A stretch of DNA of 32,000 bases, from positions 2,370,001 to 2,402,000 of the forward strand of contig NC_007484.1 in NCBI RefSeq assembly GCF_000012805.1. Reading direction: 5' to 3'. The stretch's first letter is position 1. Each line of letters begins with the position of its first letter. The translations under genes were made by a program, and so were the position numbers. The notes beneath the pieces are model-generated. The model worked only from the letters and a program-made list of their open reading frames with translations. It made no database searches and was not told where the DNA came from. The DNA comes from Nitrosococcus oceani ATCC 19707 (GTDB taxonomy: Bacteria > Pseudomonadota > Gammaproteobacteria > Nitrosococcales > Nitrosococcaceae). Below, one piece after another: positions 25,162 to 32,000 of this stretch.

Positions 25162-25547
25162 GATTTTTCCTCTAAGGCGCTCTGGCCTAATACTTTCGCG
25201 ACTAGATCCTCCACCGCTGGATGATAATCCCCTGGCGCGTGCAAGGGCGGCACTTCTGTTACAAGGATATGGGAACTCTCGGCCCGCACTCGACTCAGTC
25301 GCCCTGACAAACAACGGGAAAGCCCAGGTTCTAATAAGAGTAATGCTTTTTTTTTCCCTTTCTCCAATTCCTCCAGCAGCCTGTCCACATCTTCCTCGGT
25401 CCCATTGGGCCAGGTCTCAAAACCGATCAGGGCAAAGCCTTCCGTAAGGGCTGGGCTCCCCATCACAATCAGACGGGTACCGGATACTCCTCCTCCCGGG
25501 GTTGCTAACCGGGACTGGGTGCTAAGACCTAGAATTTGCTTGGCCAT
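25158..25547 (-). CDS. atpF: V/A-type ATPase subunit F
   Basis: RLIVMGSPALTEGFALIGFE (the i.viGd...v.GF.L.G pattern) and LLLLEPGL. There is an N-terminal extension of about 25 aa relative to typical F subunits. Confidence 0.75.
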   Translation of the reverse strand: MAKQILGLSTQSRLATPGGGVSGTRLIVMGSPALTEGFALIGFETWPNGTEEDVDRLLEELEKGKKKALLLLEPGLSRCLSGRLSRVRAESSHILVTEVPPLHAPGDYHPAVEDLVAKVLGQSALEEKS

Positions 25548-25566
25548 AGATTAATGCAGAACCCTA

Positions 25567-26022
25567 TTAAATCTTACCTAGCATCAAAATAGTGACGACC
25601 ACGCCATAAATCGCTATCCCTTCCGCCAGCCCCAAATAAATGAGCGTGCGCCCAAATAGCTCTGGTTTTTCGGAGATAGCCGCCAGCGCGGAGGATCCCA
25701 CCGCCCCCACGGCCAAGCCCGCGGCCACCGTCGCCACCGCCGTAGGTAAGCCAATGGCCAAAAGCGCTAACCCCATGCCCAGGGAAATCTCCGGAGACGC
25801 GGCTCCCTCCCCCGTTGCTATCTCCTGGGCCATGGCATCCTGTGCAACTAAAAACAATAGGCCAACTTGGGCAACCACAAAAACAAGTACATTCACCCCT
25901 ACCACGCTGCTCCACCAGCGAGGCGCGGCAAAATCTGGATGGCGTGAGCGTATTTCATAAAACACTCCCCAACCTACCAAGCCCACCAAACTTAAGCCCA
26001 TCAAAATAATCAACCCATACAT
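25567..26022 (-). CDS. atpK: V/A-type ATPase proteolipid subunit K (c-ring)
   Basis: The C-terminal 85 aa form a single c-subunit hairpin: GLAVGAVGSSALAAISEKPELFGRTLIYLGLAEGIAIYGVVVTILML, with the conserved carboxylate in LAEGIAIYG. The N-terminal 65 aa add 1-2 further hydrophobic segments. The start is uncertain, with alternative GTG starts near 25905. Confidence 0.8.
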   Translation of the reverse strand: MYGLIILMGLSLVGLVGWGVFYEIRSRHPDFAAPRWWSSVVGVNVLVFVVAQVGLLFLVAQDAMAQEIATGEGAASPEISLGMGLALLAIGLPTAVATVAAGLAVGAVGSSALAAISEKPELFGRTLIYLGLAEGIAIYGVVVTILMLGKI

Positions 26023-26095
26023 GACGACTGATCCCCTGTTAGCAACGAAGCACGTCTCAATCTCAATCTCTTTTCATAGTAGCATTGATTAGAAA

Positions 26096-27982
26096 TTATT
26101 TTAGAGGCCCTAATATCAACGGCTCAAAGGCCCGACCATCGCCACTAAAGAAGCGGGAAAACCCCTCGTAATATTCCAGCCGTAATACCTGAATGGCCAC
26201 AATGGCCCCTTCTAAAATCAAAATAAAAAGATTGCCTACTACTACCGTGACCCAATGGCCAACCGCCTCCATTGTCCCAGCCAGGGCAAATACAGCCAAC
26301 GCCAGCGCCACATGATTCAAGCTAAAAGCGGCGACCCTAAGAAAAGAAAGGGTATTGGCAAAGTAACCCATGATTATTTCAAAACTCTCGATAAGCACGA
26401 CCACCCCCCGTCCAAAGCCGGGAACCTGGGACCGATGCCATTGATACCCCAGCAGAACCAGAAACGGCAAGACAATAGCCGCTGCCTCCATCGCCCCGAA
26501 TACGCCCTCTTCCATCCAGCGGAACGCACCATATACGGCGCCTAAATATAATAAACTCCCCGCCAGTCCCCGCCCTCCTAATAGAGCCTCGGCATAACAC
26601 CCCTCCGCTAAACGGTTGCGAATCCCCATAGCCGTCACTAGAAGAATAAACCCCACTCCCCAAAAAAGGGCGACCATAAGCATCCGTTGGGGATTGGACA
26701 AGGGCGATAGCCATAAGGGAGAAAGGATCTCTTCATAACCAAAAACGCTGCCATATAGAAAGCCAAAGCAGCAAGAAGAAACCCCCAGGGAGAGTACGAA
26801 AGGTGTATAGTGCCCCAACCAACGGCGGCACCCCCAGCCAACCGCCAGGATAGCTGCGCCATGACCCACATCGCCGAACATCATGCCGAACATGGCAATG
26901 AAGGTCAGAGCAAATAGCCAGGAAGGATCTAATTCACCATAACGGGGCACACCATAATTATGCGCTACATCGGTAAAAGGCTGGAGCCAGCGAGGAACCC
27001 GGATTAGGGAAGGCGTCATCAACCGCTCATCTAAGGTCGGATCTCGCGTTTCTAGCACAAAACGCTGCTCTAGTCGTCTTTGCAAGGTCTTCCGCAAACA
27101 ACTTATTTTTTCCGTTGGTACCCAGCCTTGTACCGTCGCCAGCCCGCCCTGGCTCCGTAGAGAAGCGCCTAGAAAAGCATAGGGAGCCGCTAGAATCATC
27201 CTCTGGGCTCCCTTATGCAACGCCTGTTCATGCTTTTTATGAAGCAACTCCCGCTCCTGAGCCAGCGCCAGGCGCTCCTCTTGGAAACGCAGGCGCTGAG
27301 CCGCGAGCTGTTGGCGAACCTGCTGGGGATGATGCTGAAATTCGGCGGGCAGTTGAAGTGGACGGTAGGCGGCCGCCCGAAGCACGCTTTGCACTTGCCG
27401 TTCATTTCCTTTCACCCCGGCAAGCACAACCAAGGCCGCGGAATCAGATTCAGCAAACGGTTTAAGAATATAGCCCGCCATGCCTACCGCCTCCTGGAGT
27501 TTGCCGAAATTACTTTGCGGGACCGCTCCAAGCTGAACATCTAAAAATTGCAATTGCCCCTGTAATAATCCTAAATTCACGTCCAATCGGGCATAGGTAT
27601 CCAAGGTCTTGTCTAATTGGCCAATGGATCGGATCTTCTCATCCAGTTCCCGCCCTTTTTCTTGCAACTGAGAACAACGCCGCCAGAGCCTCCCCAACCA
27701 CTTATTAAACGCCGCCAACTCTGACTCGCTGATGGCCCGCACCTTTTCTGGCGGGATGGCAGCCTGGACCCCCAGGTATTCGCTCACCTTTTGCAAACGC
27801 ATCTGGACATCATGAAATAACGCCTGGTAGCTGGCGGCGGGACACTCCGGCAAACTTTCCTCCCCGGCCGGAAGGGGTTCCGGACTAAACACCCCGCTTT
27901 CCGCTAAGCTAAGGGCAGCCTCCGGAGCCTCTTCCTTGACCATATGAAGGGTAACTCGCCGCATTGATAAGGATGTCAACAT
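26096..27982 (-). CDS. atpI: V/A-type ATPase subunit I (a-subunit, 116-kDa family)
   Basis: N-terminal cytoplasmic coiled-coil half and a C-terminal half with about 7-8 TM helices, including SFLRVAAFSLNHVAL (the conserved Arg helix) and VLRLEYYEGFSRFF. Confidence 0.88.
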   Translation of the reverse strand: MLTSLSMRRVTLHMVKEEAPEAALSLAESGVFSPEPLPAGEESLPECPAASYQALFHDVQMRLQKVSEYLGVQAAIPPEKVRAISESELAAFNKWLGRLWRRCSQLQEKGRELDEKIRSIGQLDKTLDTYARLDVNLGLLQGQLQFLDVQLGAVPQSNFGKLQEAVGMAGYILKPFAESDSAALVVLAGVKGNERQVQSVLRAAAYRPLQLPAEFQHHPQQVRQQLAAQRLRFQEERLALAQERELLHKKHEQALHKGAQRMILAAPYAFLGASLRSQGGLATVQGWVPTEKISCLRKTLQRRLEQRFVLETRDPTLDERLMTPSLIRVPRWLQPFTDVAHNYGVPRYGELDPSWLFALTFIAMFGMMFGDVGHGAAILAVGWGCRRWLGHYTPFVLSLGVSSCCFGFLYGSVFGYEEILSPLWLSPLSNPQRMLMVALFWGVGFILLVTAMGIRNRLAEGCYAEALLGGRGLAGSLLYLGAVYGAFRWMEEGVFGAMEAAAIVLPFLVLLGYQWHRSQVPGFGRGVVVLIESFEIIMGYFANTLSFLRVAAFSLNHVALALAVFALAGTMEAVGHWVTVVVGNLFILILEGAIVAIQVLRLEYYEGFSRFFSGDGRAFEPLILGPLK

Positions 27983-28024
27983 CCGTTATAAACCTCTTGG
28001 ACCGCTAGGCCCCTCCAGGGAGGG

Positions 28025-29152
28025 CTAAAAAGACTCATCCTCCTTGAAACCGGCACTTTCCAGTCCCATGGCCTGGTGAATAAGATGGGGGGCGAGCTGC
28101 AAAGTGCGGCCCTTGATGATCCCATGGATGCGTAATAATTCTTTTTCACGAAGAAATAGATAAGCGAAGGCCCGTCCCAAATTAAAAGTGGTGCGTTTCA
28201 GGATAAACTGCGCGACTTCGAGTAAGTGTTTTCCTAGCATCTCCTCCACCTCGGAAGTGGAAACTGCCCCTGCTACCAAAGGGGCTAAAGGAGCAGGTAG
28301 ATTGTGTAAAGTCTCCTCGAAGTTTTCCCCACGCGCGAGGGCCAGCAAGTGCTGACTACGCAAATGATACCCACCGGGGCATAAAAGAAAATAGGTCAGC
28401 GGTGGCCCAAGACGGTAAGCAAACCGGTAGCGCAATAACCAGACCAAGTTGGTTTGGTCGATGAGATAACCGATCAATATTCGCAAATAATGGCGGTCCC
28501 GTTCTTCCTGGATAGCATTTACTCGCCGCGCCAATCCACTATAGTATTCCCTATCTATTGTGGCTTCGATAAGAAACAATTCTCGACCCTCTCCTCCGAC
28601 ATGAGGCACATCATAATGCTCTCCTCCATAGACCGAACGGGCCTGGCGGGCAACACCAGCATAGGGTGTTCCCTCTAAACAATGGAGCACCTCCTGAGCA
28701 TCCTCGGCCTCCATCAACGAGTTCAAGGGCAAGGCCGCTATTCCATTAATCTTAATAAGATCGGCTTGGATGGCCTCCTTTGGACGTCCAGTCAACTTAC
28801 CCCGGAGCACAATTTTCAGGTTACCTATCTCAAAACGGCGTAGCCAATAGCTTGCGAGTTCCTGGGCTTCAGCGCTCAGAGGACGAATCAGCCGTTGGGC
28901 TTCCGCCCATAAGGTATCCACCAGCACTTGCTCTAAAGAACGATCCTCCATTGCTTGCAGAGAAATCCCCGTCAACCCGGCGGTACGAAGTAAAACCGAA
29001 ACATCCGAGGCCGATTGGTCCACCAGATTCCGGAGCTGTTCTGCTGACAGGAGACGCTTGGAGAGAGCCGAGACCAAGGTATTCAAATAAGCATAGCGGG
29101 TAACGGTGGCTATGGAAGGGCTCTTGGTGATAGTTAAAAAAGGACGATGCAT
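28025..29152 (-). CDS. atpC: V/A-type ATPase subunit C (eukaryotic d / AC39 family)
   Basis: RYAYLNTLVSALSKRLLSAEQLRNLV at the N-terminus and repeated helical halves; 375 aa. The position within the operon is consistent. Confidence 0.78.
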   Translation of the reverse strand: MHRPFLTITKSPSIATVTRYAYLNTLVSALSKRLLSAEQLRNLVDQSASDVSVLLRTAGLTGISLQAMEDRSLEQVLVDTLWAEAQRLIRPLSAEAQELASYWLRRFEIGNLKIVLRGKLTGRPKEAIQADLIKINGIAALPLNSLMEAEDAQEVLHCLEGTPYAGVARQARSVYGGEHYDVPHVGGEGRELFLIEATIDREYYSGLARRVNAIQEERDRHYLRILIGYLIDQTNLVWLLRYRFAYRLGPPLTYFLLCPGGYHLRSQHLLALARGENFEETLHNLPAPLAPLVAGAVSTSEVEEMLGKHLLEVAQFILKRTTFNLGRAFAYLFLREKELLRIHGIIKGRTLQLAPHLIHQAMGLESAGFKEDESF

Positions 29153-29157
29153 GTTTA

Positions 29158-29490
29158 TTATGGATAGGCAACAGGATCGAGAAGGCGGGTAAGGGCTGCC
29201 TCACTGGCCTCCTCCTGGCGTTTCCTCGCCAACGCCTTAATCTCTCCTTCCCGCTCCTCATAGCGCCGGCTTAACTCACTTGTGGTTTGCTCTGCCCGAC
29301 TTTCAGCCCTGCTCACAAAAGATTGCTGAATCTCCGGGATGCGGGAGGCAAAACGCTCCTCTGCCTGGCGAGCCTCAGCTAGGGCCTGGTGGATTATTTT
29401 ATCCCGCTCCTGACCGGCTTGATCTACTAACGCCTGAGCACGCAGCTCCGCTTCCAGCAGACGCTTTAAGGTTTCTTTCGCCTCGTTCAT
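29158..29490 (-). CDS. V/A-type ATPase peripheral-stalk subunit G/H-like
   Basis: 110-aa charged, Ala/Glu/Arg/Gln-rich protein that looks all-helical (LLEAELRAQALVDQAGQERDKIIHQALAEARQAEERF). It is the first gene of the operon, with a GGAGAA SD upstream. Confidence 0.6.
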   Translation of the reverse strand: MNEAKETLKRLLEAELRAQALVDQAGQERDKIIHQALAEARQAEERFASRIPEIQQSFVSRAESRAEQTTSELSRRYEEREGEIKALARKRQEEASEAALTRLLDPVAYP

Positions 29491-29622
29491 GAAGAATCAT
29501 TCTCCCCAATGCCAACCGTAACACCTCAAGAATTCTCAACGGGACCCACCAACAAAGCTGGGGCTGCTTCAATGAGTTAATTTTAAGTATATAGAAGCTA
29601 ACAGGAGGAGATATAAACTCCC

Positions 29623-29994
29623 TTAAGACGATAGTTTTTCTTCCAGATATTCCTTTAGAACCACCGCATTATTATGCTCGCTATCCTTGGCGCTAAAAAT
29701 CAGAGTGACTTGCCGCTGGTTTTTGGCTATTTCAGTCAATGGCTCCACTGCTTCCGGGTTCTTTTCCAGCTCCTGGAAATAACGTTTTCTGAATTCTGGC
29801 CATTTTTCCGAGTCATGCCCAAACCATTTCCGCAGCTCGTTGCTAGGTCCAATCTCTTTAAGCCACTCATCAATAGCCGCGTCTTCTTTTTTAATTCCCC
29901 GGGGCCAGAGGCGGTCCACTAAAATACGGCAGCCATCATCTTTATCCGCTTGCTCATACGCTCTTTTTAGGGCAATCTTACTCACGGAAGCCAC
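29623..29994 (-). CDS. DUF488-family protein (YeaO-like)
   Basis: LKRAYEQADKDDGCRILVDRLWPRGIKKEDAAIDEWLKEIGPSNELRKWFGHD...W.EFRKRY..EL...VTLIFSAKDSEHNNAVVLKEYL matches the DUF488 pattern. Confidence 0.85.
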   Translation of the reverse strand: MASVSKIALKRAYEQADKDDGCRILVDRLWPRGIKKEDAAIDEWLKEIGPSNELRKWFGHDSEKWPEFRKRYFQELEKNPEAVEPLTEIAKNQRQVTLIFSAKDSEHNNAVVLKEYLEEKLSS

Positions 29995-30012
29995 TCCTAT
30001 ATTAAGTTGCTT

Positions 30013-31059
30013 TTAATTAGCCGGCCCGGGGGCAACGCTGATCATCCGGCGGATCTCATCGCTCCGGAAGCCCAAGGCCATGGGGCGGTGCACGCCAGGG
30101 AGCACGGCGACATCGTAGAGTTCCTCGATTACCCCGCTGATGCGCAAGGTATGCACCCCATCGCCACGATTGATATCAATCACCTGTAGCCCGCAACGGG
30201 GCTCGGCGTGACGAGCCTGGAGGCGCTCATCAAGGGGGAGACCGGAGAAACTCTGGTCATGCCGGGGCAAGGACAGGCCCACCACCGCAAAATCACCGAT
30301 AAAGCTCAAGCCCCGGGCATAGCCAGGGCAGAAGGCCACCGGCTCGAAGCGGCCCCGTTCCAGATCGACATAACCAAACTCGCCACGGCCCGAGTCCAGC
30401 AGCCACAACTTACCCCGGTAGAGGCGCGGCGAGTGGGGCATGGACAGTCCTTCAAGCACCACTTCACCGCTTGCAACCTCAATCAGTACGCCGCCCTCGG
30501 TGCGGTGATCCCGCCAGCCGTCGGCCACATCGCTTTGGCTCACCGCGGTGACGAAACGCGGCTGGCCCTCATCCATGACCAGGCCATTTAGATGGCAGCG
30601 GTCCTCGGCGGCAAGCTTGGAGATGAACGGCGGTCGCCATAAAGGCGCAAAGCTGTAGCGCTCGCTCACCGTGGCCAGGCAGCTAAACAAGGCGCTGACG
30701 AACACCGGTCGGCCCGCGCCATCGGGGGCGATGTCATGGATGTCCAGATCCCCGGTCGTATAGGCCAACTGGGGAACAAACAGCCGGTCAAAGCCCTGGT
30801 AATTCTGCCCCGACTCCAGGGTGTTCTCGAACCGCCAGAGCTGGTAGAGACTGCTCATCCACAGCGTGCTGGGGGTAGCATACAGGCCCATGCAACGGGC
30901 AAAGGTGCGGTTGAATACCGACAACCTCCCGTCTGGGTTAAGGCCCAGCAGAAACAACTTCCCCGCCTGGTAAGTAGTCAAAGCCAGGCTCACCCGCTGC
31001 TCGGCGAGCCAGGCGGTAAATTGGCGCGAGGCCAGAAACTCGAAGGTGGGCGCGGTCAT
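30013..31059 (-). CDS. TIGR03032 / DUF4915-family conserved hypothetical protein
   Basis: FSCLATVSERYSFAPLWRPPFISKLAAEDRCHLNGLVMDEGQPRFVTA...GGVLIEVASGEVVLEGLSMPHSPRLYRGKLWLLDSGRGEF matches my recollection of the perfectly conserved motifs of that family. This is unverified. Confidence 0.75.
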   Translation of the reverse strand: MTAPTFEFLASRQFTAWLAEQRVSLALTTYQAGKLFLLGLNPDGRLSVFNRTFARCMGLYATPSTLWMSSLYQLWRFENTLESGQNYQGFDRLFVPQLAYTTGDLDIHDIAPDGAGRPVFVSALFSCLATVSERYSFAPLWRPPFISKLAAEDRCHLNGLVMDEGQPRFVTAVSQSDVADGWRDHRTEGGVLIEVASGEVVLEGLSMPHSPRLYRGKLWLLDSGRGEFGYVDLERGRFEPVAFCPGYARGLSFIGDFAVVGLSLPRHDQSFSGLPLDERLQARHAEPRCGLQVIDINRGDGVHTLRISGVIEELYDVAVLPGVHRPMALGFRSDEIRRMISVAPGPAN

Positions 31060-31222
31060 CCCCCGTCCCCTAGGTCAGACTAATTGGTACCCGCCGAGGA
31101 GAATCAGGACGGCGCGGAACGGAAGAAGAAATAAGGTTATCTTTGTCGTTCATTGGAAATCTCCTATGGAGGGGTGGAAAGGTCAGAAAGGAACGAGGCC
31201 AAGCCCGACACTCGTAGAGGCT

Positions 31223-32000
31223 TTAAAAACCCCCTGGTGGGGGCGGTGGCTTCGATCTCTGGAATGATCTTGAGCCGCTGCAAAGTCCTGACCTGTTGAA
31301 TACATCCCCGCACCTTCTGGCCAGCCAGCGCTCCAGCCCTGCCGGCAAACTCAAAGTGCCAACGTCGGTAAGCAGCCCATTGAACAAGGTCGCCGGGCCG
31401 CTGGCCGAAGATCGCCCGAATACCACGTAACTCTGGTGTTCCCCGCCCACCACAATATCATCGAACCCGTCCCCATTCACATCCCCCGCTCCGCTCACCG
31501 ACCGGCCCGAGCTGTCATCAGCTGCGCTGCCGTTGAGCGCAAATCCCTTGCTGCCATCCAGGGCGGAGAGCTCCAGCGCCGCAGGAAAGCCCGTATTCGT
31601 CCCAAACACCACGTAGCTCCGGCCCGAATAATTGCCGCCGAAGCCGGTAAAGGGCGCGCCAATCACCAGATCATCAAACCCGTCCCTGTTCACATCCCCC
31701 GCCCCACTCACTGAGTAGCCCGAGTGGCCACCAACCTCAAAGCTGTAAAGGCCAAGACCGTTGTTGAGCGTAAAAACGATGCCGTTGAGCACAAAACCGT
31801 TACTCCCATCCAGGGCGGACAGATCAAGCACTGGGGGAAAACCCCCGCTGCGCCCAAACACTACATAGCTCTGGCCCGCTCCGCTAACACCGTTGGGGCC
31901 AGCATCGGGTGCGCCAATCACCAGGTCATCAAACCCGTCCCCATTCACATCCCCCGCTCCGCTCACCGAAAAGCCTGAACGGCCACCAACCTCAGAGCTG
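31223..32000 (-). CDS. FG-GAP / integrin-alpha-like repeat protein, C-terminal part (N-terminus beyond the window)
   Basis: At least four repeats of SGxSVSGAGDVNGDGFDDLVIGAP...SYVVFG. The frame stays open to nt 32000 (..SEVGGRSGFSVSGAGDVNGDG). The M in the ORF track is an internal GTG. Confidence 0.85.
   Translation of the reverse strand, partial: SSEVGGRSGFSVSGAGDVNGDGFDDLVIGAPDAGPNGVSGAGQSYVVFGRSGGFPPVLDLSALDGSNGFVLNGIVFTLNNGLGLYSFEVGGHSGYSVSGAGDVNRDGFDDLVIGAPFTGFGGNYSGRSYVVFGTNTGFPAALELSALDGSKGFALNGSAADDSSGRSVSGAGDVNGDGFDDIVVGGEHQSYVVFGRSSASGPATLFNGLLTDVGTLSLPAGLERWLARRCGDVFNRSGLCSGSRSFQRSKPPPPPGGF
31457..31969. repeat. DNA-level repeats encoding the FG-GAP Ca-binding loops
   Basis: Near-identical 44-45-nt segments, ATCATC(G/A)AACCCGTCCC(CA/TG)TTCACATCCCCCGC(T/C)CC(G/A)CTCAC, at 31457-31501, 31670-31714 and 31926-31969 (spacing 213 and 256 bp). 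Confidence 0.8.

Noticed and set aside
25162-25314. Upstream extension of the subunit E ORF
   Set aside because: It lies inside the subunit F coding region. The ATG at 25161 overlaps the F stop (ATGA), and the E-like sequence begins there.
30208-31083. Plus-strand ORFs 30208-30591 and 30736-31083
   Set aside because: They are antisense to the TIGR03032-family gene.
31436-31978. Plus-strand ORFs 31436-31714 and 31724-31978
   Set aside because: They are antisense to the FG-GAP repeat gene. Their internal repetition merely mirrors the coding repeats.
1-32000. Scan for CRISPR arrays, tRNA and rRNA genes
   Set aside because: I found no regularly spaced direct repeats of 25-40 nt, no tRNA-like T-arm (GTTCGAATC-type) contexts and no rRNA-like stretches by eye. 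This is a visual scan only; tRNAscan-SE or Rfam should confirm.

Overview
About 50% GC bacterial chromosome segment from a Gram-negative proteobacterium. My unverifiable guess is a Nitrosococcus/Chromatiales-like gammaproteobacterium. Housekeeping blocks: gnd (5'-truncated by the window edge) and zwf at 2-2877; a stand-alone RpoD-like sigma factor at 6951-8690; a tight plus-strand cluster at 13042-20594 (hslO, HAD hydrolase, PreP-like M16 metalloprotease, 3-hydroxyisobutyrate-dehydrogenase-type oxidoreductase, PAP2 phosphatase, DUF423, msrA); and a complete nine-gene V/A-type ATPase operon on the minus strand at 20680-29490, followed by DUF488, a TIGR03032/DUF4915 protein and an FG-GAP repeat protein that runs off the 3' edge. 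The accessory region at about 8.7-12.6 kb is the most interesting part. I read it as a decayed chromosomal integron. It has an N-terminal integron-integrase-like remnant with stop codons and a frameshift, then an attI-like region with direct repeats and a perfect GTTAGGT core. Three minus-strand cassette-like blocks follow: an antitoxin/ParE pair, an orphan single-pass membrane protein, and a frameshifted DUF2971 gene. Each block ends in a 64-67 nt attC-like imperfect palindrome. A dead IS630-family element with perfect 21-bp inverted repeats sits in a TA inside the third attC-like site. Other points: a secreted GDSL hydrolase with a PEP-CTERM sorting signal, about 1 kb of unexplained non-coding DNA upstream of the sigma gene, several small or possibly degraded ORFs, and a non-canonical gene order in the V-ATPase operon. 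I saw no rRNA, tRNA or CRISPR array. All calls rest on reading the translations and motifs by eye; no database search was run.
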